Origin: Spirochaetota bacterium
GTDB taxonomy: Bacteria > Spirochaetota > UBA4802 > UBA5550
Direction: 5' to 3'
Length of the DNA: 24,926 bases
Assembly: GCA_050298055.1 (NCBI GenBank)
Contig: JBNKTL010000018.1
Coordinates: forward strand, 4,129 to 29,054
Part shown: in pieces, positions 17,598-24,926 of the stretch
Numbering within the stretch: the first letter of the stretch is position 1
Layout: each line of letters opens with the position of its first letter
Program-made: the position numbers and the translations under genes
Notes under the pieces: generated by a model
Told to the model about the DNA's origin: nothing
What the model saw: the letters and a program-made list of their open reading frames with translations, nothing else
Database searches by the model: none

Positions 17598-18404
17598 ATG
17601 ATAAAACTCAAGAAAGAGCTTCTCGAAAGAGTCTACGACAACTACAATAAAAGAGAGTATGTGCACCCTGACCCACTTGAATTCCTCTATGAATATGATG
17701 ATCCCGGAGACAGAGAGATTGTTGCACTTCTTGCATCTTCACTGGCATACGGAAAAGTGACCCAGATACTGAAATCCGTAAGAATTGTCCTTGATAAAAT
17801 GGGAGAAAGTCCGGCCAGATATCTTACAGTAACATTCCCTCATGAGTTAAGTGGTATTCTCAAGGGTTTCAAACACCGATTTACCGATTCGGAAGAAATG
17901 ACATCTTTTTTATGGGGAATTAAGAACATCATCGGTGATTACGGGTCACTCTACAACTGCTTTATGTCATTTTATCATAACGATGAAAATATCCTCAAAC
18001 CCCTTACAGGTTTTGTAAAGCAGCTTAAGAAAAATTGCCGGAAAGACCCGGCATCGCTGATACCGGACCCCTGTAAAAACAGTGCATGCAAGCGGCTGAA
18101 CCTCTTCCTCAGATGGATGATAAGAAAAGACGATGTTGATCCGGGAGGCTGGGACGCCCTCCCTTCATCTGCGCTAATTATACCCCTTGATACTCATATG
18201 CACAGGTTTGCACGGGAAGCAGGACTCACTGAAAGAAGGGGTAATGATATGCGGACAGCCCTTGAAATAACCGATGGTTTTAAAAAATTCTGTCCTGATG
18301 ATCCCGTGAAATATGATTTTTCAATAACACGATACGGTATAAGAAACGATATCTCCTGGGAAGATATGAGGAATGAGCTTTTTCAACGAACTAATTTTCT
18401 TTAA
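17598..18404 (+). CDS. TIGR02757/DUF2400 family protein (HhH-glycosylase-like C-terminus)
   Basis: HPDP, LAYG, FKHRF, SACKRLNLFLRWMIR, DPGGW, IIPLDTH and DPVKYDF. Confidence 0.88.
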   Translation: MIKLKKELLERVYDNYNKREYVHPDPLEFLYEYDDPGDREIVALLASSLAYGKVTQILKSVRIVLDKMGESPARYLTVTFPHELSGILKGFKHRFTDSEEMTSFLWGIKNIIGDYGSLYNCFMSFYHNDENILKPLTGFVKQLKKNCRKDPASLIPDPCKNSACKRLNLFLRWMIRKDDVDPGGWDALPSSALIIPLDTHMHRFAREAGLTERRGNDMRTALEITDGFKKFCPDDPVKYDFSITRYGIRNDISWEDMRNELFQRTNFL

Positions 18405-18975
18405 AGGTACTGCATCCCGCTGTGAGTTCTCTCTCTGAAACATATTTTCCGGCAAAACTGCAGTAATGGGGCCTGTCAGAACCCGGTTTCGCGTCCCTCT
18501 GAAAGTTACTGCAGAGTATGCAGAGTCTTGGAATATTTATGGCACCGACATCAAAGAGCGCTTTTACCAGTTCCATGAGAAATTTAAGCACATACTCTTT
18601 TTCATCTTCTGGAAATGTTTCGATCTGCTTTTGAAGCACATCCGACCATCTGGATATCCTCTTTGCAGTTTTCTTCCCCTCTGCAGTGAGAGCAAGATTA
18701 TAGGACCTCTTATCCTCCTTCCCGACTCTCTTACTGACAAGGTTTTTGCTCTCCAGAGTACTTATGGCATCGCTTACTGTTGCTTTAGTCAGGTCAAAAT
18801 CCCTGGCAATCTGGCTTACTGTGCACAGCTCTTCAGGATGCCGGTTAATATACTGAAGAAACTGAATCTGCACAGGGCTCAGTTTTTCCTTTTTCCCCAC
18901 TTCCCACATCAATGTACGCTGAACCTGGCTCAACTTCTCAAGAACAGATACTATTGTGTTTTCAATTTTACCCAT
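18391..18975 (-). CDS. MarR-family regulator with a C-terminal 4-Cys domain
   Basis: LSPVQIQFL, LTKATVSDAISTLESK and DKRSYNLALTAEG; tail C-x2-C-x16-C-x15-C. Convergent 14-nt overlap with the TIGR02757 gene. Confidence 0.9.
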   Translation of the reverse strand: MGKIENTIVSVLEKLSQVQRTLMWEVGKKEKLSPVQIQFLQYINRHPEELCTVSQIARDFDLTKATVSDAISTLESKNLVSKRVGKEDKRSYNLALTAEGKKTAKRISRWSDVLQKQIETFPEDEKEYVLKFLMELVKALFDVGAINIPRLCILCSNFQRDAKPGSDRPHYCSFAGKYVSERELTAGCSTFKEN

Positions 18976-19056
18976 ATTTACAGGACCCGAAGGACTTTGT
19001 TATTAATTAACAAGAAAAGCCAATAATTGATTTTTTGCAATAAGAATAATTTTTTT

Positions 19057-19905
19057 TTAGTTACTCTGTATTTCTCCATTAATTGAAACGGTAATATCCG
19101 TTACCGTAATTTTCACACCGGCTTCTCTCATTGCTTTTTCAACTATCTGCCCCACTCCAAAACAACAGGGGACCTCCATGTGAACCAGCTGTAAAGACCT
19201 GATATTCTGGCTCTGAAATATTGCCGTTAATTTTTCGATATATACGTCAATACCGGCATCCAGTTTAGGACAGAATATTATGAGTTTCTTGCCCCTGAGA
19301 AAATCCCTGTGGAAATTCCCGTAGCTGAAGGGAACACAATCTGCGGCGACCAGGAGATCGGCATCTTTCAGATAGGGAGCATGAGGATTAAGCAGGTGAA
19401 GCTGTACCGGCCACTGTGTGAGCTCCGATCTAACCTGTACAGAGTCATCTTCATCCCCGTTTCTTTCTTCATGTTTTATCTCCTGCGCCATGGTCCCGGG
19501 ACAGCCGCACGCCATTACCGGTTCTTCCCCAGGTGTTTTTTCCCCTTTGAATCCGGAGAGTATGGGCAGATTGTTTTTTTCCAGGTAACCCAGGGCGATT
19601 TCAAGGAACCCGGTCTCTCCATGTTTTTGCAGATGACCAAGGTGCGCGCGTATTGTGGCCTCACCATGAGGAACAACATTGCCCATGACCTTCTCCTCAT
19701 CATAAGGTTCTGCTTCTCTTTTTTCCACTTTTATGGCTTTTTCCGGGCACTCACCTATGCATGCCCCGAGCCCGTCACAGAAAAGATCGCTCACAAGACG
19801 TGCTTTCCCCTCAATGATCTGCAGGGCACCTTCAGGGCATCCCGGTATACACTGCCCGCACCCGGTGCAGAGATCCTCATCAATTGTAATAATGTCCCTT
19901 TTCAT
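19057..19905 (-). CDS. Iron-sulfur cluster-binding protein (ferredoxin domain plus Cys-rich C-terminal domain)
   Basis: CTGCGQCIPGCP and CDGLGACIGECP, then CGCPG, QWPVQL, AADC, CPKLD and MEVPCC. RBS GAGG. Confidence 0.9.
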   Translation of the reverse strand: MKRDIITIDEDLCTGCGQCIPGCPEGALQIIEGKARLVSDLFCDGLGACIGECPEKAIKVEKREAEPYDEEKVMGNVVPHGEATIRAHLGHLQKHGETGFLEIALGYLEKNNLPILSGFKGEKTPGEEPVMACGCPGTMAQEIKHEERNGDEDDSVQVRSELTQWPVQLHLLNPHAPYLKDADLLVAADCVPFSYGNFHRDFLRGKKLIIFCPKLDAGIDVYIEKLTAIFQSQNIRSLQLVHMEVPCCFGVGQIVEKAMREAGVKITVTDITVSINGEIQSN

Positions 19906-19931
19906 ACTTAATTAACCTCAAATTTTTTACA

Positions 19932-19963
19932 AATATACGTTAGGATTACTAACTATTAGTCAA
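19932..19963 (-). promoter_or_regulatory. Putative promoter/operator of the Fe-S protein-marR unit
   Basis: Dyad GTTAG-N5-CTAAC (19939-19953) lies between TTGACT(19963-19958) and TATATT(19937-19932). Confidence 0.55.
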
Positions 19964-20076
19964 GTTACAGGTTTTACCGGGATATGTCAAATTTTTTTCA
20001 CTATGAATTCCTTTTCTTTTCTCTATTGAACTGCAATAATAATCCAGTCAATTTTGAATGGATCCCGGTTAATTTA

Positions 20077-20105
20077 TTGACATATGCACTTTCAAATCAT
20101 ATATT
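20077..20105 (+). promoter_or_regulatory. sigma70 promoter of fprA
   Basis: TTGACA-17 nt-TATATT. Confidence 0.65.
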
Positions 20106-20177
20106 TTTATCCAAAATTGAAGAATCCGTCACAAAAAAAAGGGACCCGGACGTTTCGTAATATATACGGAGGACACC

Positions 20178-21338
20178 ATGAAAGCAGTGAAATTAAAAGA
20201 TGATATCTACTGGGTAGGAGGGATCGACTGGAACATAAGGAATTTCCATGGCTACCTGACTCAGCGCGGTTCAACCTACAACGCTTACCTCATTATAGAT
20301 AAAAAGATAACACTTCTTGATACGGTAAAGCATTATCTGAAAGATGAAATGCTTGAAAGGATACGGGATATTATCGACCCGTCAGAAATCGATTATATTG
20401 TATCAAATCATGTTGAGATGGACCATTCGGGCTGTCTGCCGGATATTATTGAGAAAGCGGGTAATCCGAAGATCTTCACCTCTCCCAACGGTGAAAAGGG
20501 TCTTAGACTCCACTATAAAAAAGACTGGGACTTCAATGTAGTAAAGTCAGGGGACAGGATCAATATCGGCAAACGGAACCTGGATATTGTCCTTACACCC
20601 ATGGTTCACTGGCCTGACAACATGGTGGCATACTGCGGCGAAGATAATATTCTCTTCTCAAACGATGCTTTCGGACAACATATCGCCACATCGGAAAGGT
20701 TTGATTTTGAATACCACTATGACATTATCATTGAAGAAGCAAAAAAATATTACGCAAATATTGTACTCCCCTACTCCAACCAGGTCAGGAAAGCACTGGA
20801 GGGTTTGGCCGGACTCGATATTGAGATAATAGCCCCCAGCCACGGTCTCATATGGAAAAAGAAAACAAAGGAAATTATTGAAAAGTATACAGAATGGGCA
20901 TCCAATAAAACCGACAGCAAGGCCCTGATCGTCTATGACACAATGTGGGACTCCACCGAGAAGATAGCCATGGCCATCTACAGGGGATTTCAGAACAGGG
21001 GCATCCAGACAAGGCTGATCAGCCTGAGAAACAGCCATATCTCGGACATCATGACAGATATGCTTACTGCAAAATACATCTGTATCGGGTCACCCACACT
21101 GAATATGAACCTGTTACCCACTGTTGCGGGATTCCTCAGCTATTTCAGGGGACTTGCGCCAAAGAACAGGATAGGTCTTGCATTCGGCTCATATGGCTGG
21201 GCACCTAAAAACATTGACTACATAGAGGAAACCCTTAAAAACTGTAATTTTGAAATTCTGGAGAATATTAAGGTCCAGTATATACCCGATGATGCATTTC
21301 TTACGAATGTAACAGAAAAGATTGAAAAAATCGTATAA
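20178..21338 (+). CDS. fprA: Class A flavodiiron protein (O2/NO reductase)
   Basis: GSTYNAY, NHVEMDHSG, HWPD, FSNDAFG and PSHG, plus a flavodoxin domain (YDTMWDST, GSPT, FGSYGW). RBS GGAGG. Confidence 0.96.
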   Translation: MKAVKLKDDIYWVGGIDWNIRNFHGYLTQRGSTYNAYLIIDKKITLLDTVKHYLKDEMLERIRDIIDPSEIDYIVSNHVEMDHSGCLPDIIEKAGNPKIFTSPNGEKGLRLHYKKDWDFNVVKSGDRINIGKRNLDIVLTPMVHWPDNMVAYCGEDNILFSNDAFGQHIATSERFDFEYHYDIIIEEAKKYYANIVLPYSNQVRKALEGLAGLDIEIIAPSHGLIWKKKTKEIIEKYTEWASNKTDSKALIVYDTMWDSTEKIAMAIYRGFQNRGIQTRLISLRNSHISDIMTDMLTAKYICIGSPTLNMNLLPTVAGFLSYFRGLAPKNRIGLAFGSYGWAPKNIDYIEETLKNCNFEILENIKVQYIPDDAFLTNVTEKIEKIV

Positions 21339-21392
21339 TTTTTTCATCAAACCATGAAAAAAATCTTGCTTTTTCCCTTCCCTGTCAATTTT

Positions 21393-21407
21393 TTATAATT
21401 ATTACAG
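21393..21407. promoter_or_regulatory. Per-box-like 7-1-7 operator upstream of perR
   Basis: TTATAAT-T-ATTACAG, 2 mismatches from the B. subtilis Per box TTATAATNATTATAA. It contains a TATAAT. Confidence 0.65.
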
Positions 21408-21426
21408 GATGAAAAGAGAAATAAAA

Positions 21427-21834
21427 ATGAAATCGCTACAGGCATCTGAAATATTGAAGGAAAGCGGAATAAAACCCTCACTCCACCGGATTAAAATTCT
21501 CGAATACCTTATTGAGAAAAAAAACCATCCTACAGTGGACCTTATCTTTAAGGATATATCAGGAGAGATACCCACCCTCTCAAAGACAACCATATATAAT
21601 ACACTGAAAACTTTCCATGAGAACAACATTGTCCAGTTGCTGACCATTGAAGGTAACGAAGTCAAGTATGACGTTATACTGGAGAAACACGCTCATCTCA
21701 AGTGCGTTAAGTGTGAAAACCTCTATGACCTGAGTGTCAACACAAAATCACTCACTCTGAAAAGCATAGACGGTCACAAAATACTGGACGGACAGCTCTC
21801 CTACAGGGGAATCTGCAAAAACTGCCGGAATTAA
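21427..21834 (+). CDS. perR: Fur-family peroxide-responsive regulator
   Basis: HPT, SKTTIYNTL, KYD...HAHLKCVKC...YD and GICKNC, matching the PerR-type H/D ligand set and two CxxC. An alternative start is at 21409. Confidence 0.85.
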   Translation: MKSLQASEILKESGIKPSLHRIKILEYLIEKKNHPTVDLIFKDISGEIPTLSKTTIYNTLKTFHENNIVQLLTIEGNEVKYDVILEKHAHLKCVKCENLYDLSVNTKSLTLKSIDGHKILDGQLSYRGICKNCRN

Positions 21835-21885
21835 ATCATTGACGGAAGAGACATGCTCCTGCTGATATTTATATTAGTATCATAT

Positions 21886-21900
21886 TTGTAATTATTACAA
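21886..21900. promoter_or_regulatory. Perfect 7-1-7 Per-box-like palindrome upstream of rubredoxin-cydAB
   Basis: TTGTAAT-T-ATTACAA. A candidate promoter TTGAAA(21926)-16 nt-TATCCT(21948) with TGn follows. Confidence 0.7.
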
Positions 21901-21977
21901 TTTTTTTCTTTTTTTTAAAAAAACCTTGAAACATATAACAGATGTGATATCCTCATCTCAGACGGAGAGGAACTGTT

Positions 21978-22139
21978 ATGAAAAAATATGAATGTACAGC
22001 ATGCAGTTATGTTTATGATCCCGAAAAAGGTGATCCTGAAAACGGTATAAATCCGGGCACAGCCTTTGAAGATTTGCCCGATGACTGGGTATGCCCTCTT
22101 TGTGGTGTTGAAAAATCCGAGTTTGAACCGGTTGGTTGA
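21978..22139 (+). CDS. rub: Rubredoxin
   Basis: Not in the ORF track (53 aa). [62 protein letters not shown]. Confidence 0.97.
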   Translation: MKKYECTACSYVYDPEKGDPENGINPGTAFEDLPDDWVCPLCGVEKSEFEPVG

Positions 22140-22204
22140 TTCGGGTCGGGACTCTCTCGGCATTATTATCACTGATACCCTATACTGATGCAGGAGGTTT
22201 TTCC

Positions 22205-23533
22205 ATGGATGCTGTATTCCTGGCAAGAATTCAATTTGCTCTTACAGCGGGCTTCCACTTTATTTTTCCTCCTGTGAGTATCGGGCTGATACTTGTTATC
22301 GTGATAAATGAGCTGCTCTATTTAAAAACAGAAAGTGATACCTACAAAATCATTTCAGCATTCCTGGTAAAAATATTCGGGCTTGTCTTTACCGTTGGCG
22401 TTTCTACCGGTATCGTCATGGAATTTTCCTTTGGAAACAACTGGTCACGATTTTCAAGAATTGTGGGTGATATCTTCGGCGCTCCCCTTGCCATAGAGGT
22501 CATTTTTGCCTTTTTCCTGGAATCTGTTTTTCTCGGAGTGCTTCTCTGGGGAAGGGAGAAAGTCTCCAAAAGGTTTTACTTCATCTCAGCACTTATTGTT
22601 TTCTTTGGGTCCCATCTTTCGGCACTTTTGATTCTTATTGCAAATTCATGGATGCAGACACCGGCCGGATTTGTGGAAACTTCCGGCGGTAGGCTTGTGC
22701 TGACGGATTTTCTTACTGCTGTTCTGAACCACTCCACCCTGGTCAGGTCTTTTCATGTGATTCTTGCATCCTGGATTACCGGTTCACTCTTTACTGCGGG
22801 AATAAGCTCCTGGTACCTGCTTAAGATAAAATCGGAAGAGTTGATGAAGCCGCTTCTTAAAATTTCTCTTTTTATCTTTATCATCACATCGCTCCTCCAG
22901 TTTGTTTCGGGCCACATGCATTCCATCAAGGTTGCAGACACCCAGCCTGAGAAGATGGCGGCCTTTGAAGCGCTCTGGAAAACAACAAAAGGGGCGCCCC
23001 TGGCGCTTTTCGGCATACCGGATGCTGAAAAGAAAATCACGCGCATGGAAATTTCTCTGCCCAAAATGCTCAGTTTTCTCATTGCATTTGATACAGAACA
23101 TGAAGTGAAAGGGCTTGACGCATTCCCGGATGATGAACTGCCTCCTGTTTTTATTCCCTACGCATCATACCACATAATGATCATCCTGGGCAGCCTCTAC
23201 GCGCTCATCTCCTTTACGGGGATCTTCCTGGTTCTGAAAAAGAGATTATACACTTCAGGGTGGTACCATAAGATTCTTCTCTATTCGGTCCCGCTGCCGG
23301 TAATCGCCAACATGTCCGGCTGGGCAGCCGCCGAAGTGGGCAGGCAGCCCTGGGTGGTCTATCATGTTCTCAAAACGTCAGCTGCCGCGTCACCGGTGGT
23401 TCCGGCATGGCAGATTCTCCTTACCATAGGGCTCTTCTCAGCAGTTTACCTGCTCATTTTTATCGTTTTCATGAAACTGCTTCTGAAACTGCTGATACAG
23501 GGCCCGTACCCCCGGGTAAGCGAAGGATATTAA
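22205..23533 (+). CDS. cydA: Cytochrome bd quinol oxidase subunit I (short Q-loop)
   Basis: Start moved to ATG 22205 behind AGGAGG. Motifs ARIQFA..GFHFIF, AFFLES, ANSWMQTP, QPEKMAAFE, YHIM and EVGRQPW. Confidence 0.97.
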   Translation: MDAVFLARIQFALTAGFHFIFPPVSIGLILVIVINELLYLKTESDTYKIISAFLVKIFGLVFTVGVSTGIVMEFSFGNNWSRFSRIVGDIFGAPLAIEVIFAFFLESVFLGVLLWGREKVSKRFYFISALIVFFGSHLSALLILIANSWMQTPAGFVETSGGRLVLTDFLTAVLNHSTLVRSFHVILASWITGSLFTAGISSWYLLKIKSEELMKPLLKISLFIFIITSLLQFVSGHMHSIKVADTQPEKMAAFEALWKTTKGAPLALFGIPDAEKKITRMEISLPKMLSFLIAFDTEHEVKGLDAFPDDELPPVFIPYASYHIMIILGSLYALISFTGIFLVLKKRLYTSGWYHKILLYSVPLPVIANMSGWAAAEVGRQPWVVYHVLKTSAAASPVVPAWQILLTIGLFSAVYLLIFIVFMKLLLKLLIQGPYPRVSEGY

Positions 23534-23553
23534 AGGAAGGAGAAACGGGACCC

Positions 23554-24540
23554 ATGGAAATTCTGCAGACAATATGGTTTTTTCTTCTCGGTCTCATATT
23601 CATCGGCTATTCACTGCTGGATGGATTTGACCTGGGAATCGGGAGTCTTCTCCCCTTTCTCTCAAAAAATGATGAAGAAACTTCGGCGCTTATCAGGTCA
23701 ATCGGGCCCGTATGGGACGGCAACGAGGTATGGCTTCTTCTTTCCGGGAGCGCCCTCTTCGCGGCTTTCCCTCATGTTTATGCAACAGTCTTCAGCGGGT
23801 TCTACCTGGCGATTATGCTGATCATTTTCAGCCTGATATTCAGGGCTGTCTCCATTGAGTTCTGGTCACTGGACGACTCCAACAGGAAGCTCTGGAAAAG
23901 GGTACTGGCAGGGGGGAGCCTTTTGCCTTCCCTGCTCTTCGGGGTGGCCCTGGGTAATGTCGTCCAGGGGATCCCTCTGAATAAAAACATGGAATTTACC
24001 GGTGATTTTCTCACACTTTTCAGGCCTTTCCCCCTGGCAACAGGGCTCCTGGGCCTTGCTGCCATTCTCATGCAGGGGGTCACCTTTGCAGCCCTGAAAA
24101 ACAGGGGGAACACCAGGGAGAGAGCGAAGTCGCTGACCGGGAGAATATGGATTTTTTACCTTGCTGCCTTTATCACAGCACTTGGTGCCGCGGCCCTTAT
24201 TGCCGAAAACACCCTTTCCCGTCCGGCAGCATGGATCTTTGCACTATTTGTATTAATCTCTGTTGTGCTGATTAAACTCTCCGCATCGGGGGAAAATGAT
24301 CTCATGCCCTTTCTCTTTTCTTCTGCGGCCTTTACCGGTCTCTGGGGAATAGTCGCCTCGGTTCAGTTTCCCGATCTTGTGAGGGGGACACCGGGAAGTC
24401 CCGTAAACCTGAACATATACAACAGTTCTTCGGGAGAGCAAACACTTACTGTTATGCTCATAGCCGCACTTATCGGTATACCCATTGTTCTCGGGTATAC
24501 CTTCTTCATATACAGAATATTCAGGGGGAAGATAAACTGA
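23554..24540 (+). CDS. cydB: Cytochrome bd quinol oxidase subunit II
   Basis: Start moved to ATG 23554 (MEILQTIWF). Motifs LDGFDLGIG, PVWDGNEVW, AFP and YRIFRGK. Confidence 0.97.
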   Translation: MEILQTIWFFLLGLIFIGYSLLDGFDLGIGSLLPFLSKNDEETSALIRSIGPVWDGNEVWLLLSGSALFAAFPHVYATVFSGFYLAIMLIIFSLIFRAVSIEFWSLDDSNRKLWKRVLAGGSLLPSLLFGVALGNVVQGIPLNKNMEFTGDFLTLFRPFPLATGLLGLAAILMQGVTFAALKNRGNTRERAKSLTGRIWIFYLAAFITALGAAALIAENTLSRPAAWIFALFVLISVVLIKLSASGENDLMPFLFSSAAFTGLWGIVASVQFPDLVRGTPGSPVNLNIYNSSSGEQTLTVMLIAALIGIPIVLGYTFFIYRIFRGKIN

Positions 24541-24734
24541 GAGATTTTTTTATAACTACTCAGTTCTGTTTATGAATAACCGGATTCATCGAAAAAACAT
24601 AACTGATATTATAACGAATACATTTATTTTTAACCATGCAGTTGAACAGTTACTTTTTTTACTTGTATTATAAAATTTAATATGTACTATATTGCCTCAT
24701 TTTAAAAAATTATAAACGTAAAAAGGAGTTTAAA

Positions 24735-24926
24735 ATGGTCAAAAACAATCTGGAAATTTATAAATGCGGATCATGCGGAAACATGGTTGAGGTTATCCAC
24801 GTGGGGGGCGGTGAGCTTGTCTGCTGCGGCCAGCCTATGGAACTTCTCACAGAAAATTCCACAGATGCAGCTACCGAGAAGCACGTTCGTGTTTTTGAAA
24901 CGACAGCAGACGGGGTAACGGTAAAA
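24735..24926 (+). CDS. dfx: Desulfoferrodoxin (2Fe superoxide reductase); N-terminal part only, runs off the window
   Basis: Not in the ORF track. [64 protein letters not shown] contains the desulforedoxin CxxC...CC motif and EKH. RBS AAGGAG. Confidence 0.93.
   Translation, partial: MVKNNLEIYKCGSCGNMVEVIHVGGGELVCCGQPMELLTENSTDAATEKHVRVFETTADGVTVK

Noticed and set aside
20117..20134. HcpR/Rex-like site TTGAAG-N6-TCACAA in the fprA leader
   Set aside because: Only one good half-site; too weak to call.
22136..23553. Extended N-termini given by the ORF track for cydA (22136), cydB (23407), dsrE (14007) and the lipoprotein (5510)
   Set aside because: Downstream ATGs have better RBSs and match family N-termini; the cydA and cydB extensions also overlap neighbouring genes.
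4..24441. Short alternative-frame or antisense ORFs in the track (e.g. 4..195, 1020..1571, 2047..2244, 8276..8491, 14442..14996, 16777..16962, 18466..19026, 19309..19911, 21915..22226)
   Set aside because: They shadow well-supported genes or are low-complexity AT-rich frames with no recognisable motifs.
1..24926. CRISPR arrays, IS/transposases, integrases, tRNA/rRNA, phage or defence genes
   Set aside because: I saw no periodic repeats, terminal inverted repeats or diagnostic motifs on reading; an Rfam/tRNAscan run would be needed to exclude small RNAs formally.

Overview
Bacterial genomic window with no mobile elements, CRISPR arrays, rRNA or tRNA that I can recognise. The gene content suggests an O2-exposed anaerobe, possibly from a saline habitat; taxonomy cannot be fixed from this window. 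Left half (1-13.3 kb): truncated Cache-domain sensor, Vibrio-type alkaline phosphatase, secreted metallophosphoesterase, beta-propeller lipoprotein, hybrid histidine kinase, cold-shock protein with a possible 47-aa ORF behind it, stand-alone thiH, a glucosyl/mannosylglycerate-synthase-like glycosyltransferase and a Na+/solute symporter. Right half (13.4-24.9 kb) is a dense sulfur/oxygen redox cluster. It holds an sqr(type III)-DUF1641-like-tusE-dsrE operon, divergent from a MerR regulator with a 7-Cys 'two-CW' tail. It also holds a TIGR02757 protein, a Cys-tailed MarR with an Fe-S protein, flavodiiron FprA, PerR with Per-like boxes, rubredoxin (missed by the ORF track), cydAB and a truncated desulfoferrodoxin. 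The best candidate for an undescribed system is the Cys-rich MerR controlling the SQR/sulfur-relay operon, which could feed sulfide-derived electrons to cytochrome bd. All family assignments come from motif recognition, not database searches.
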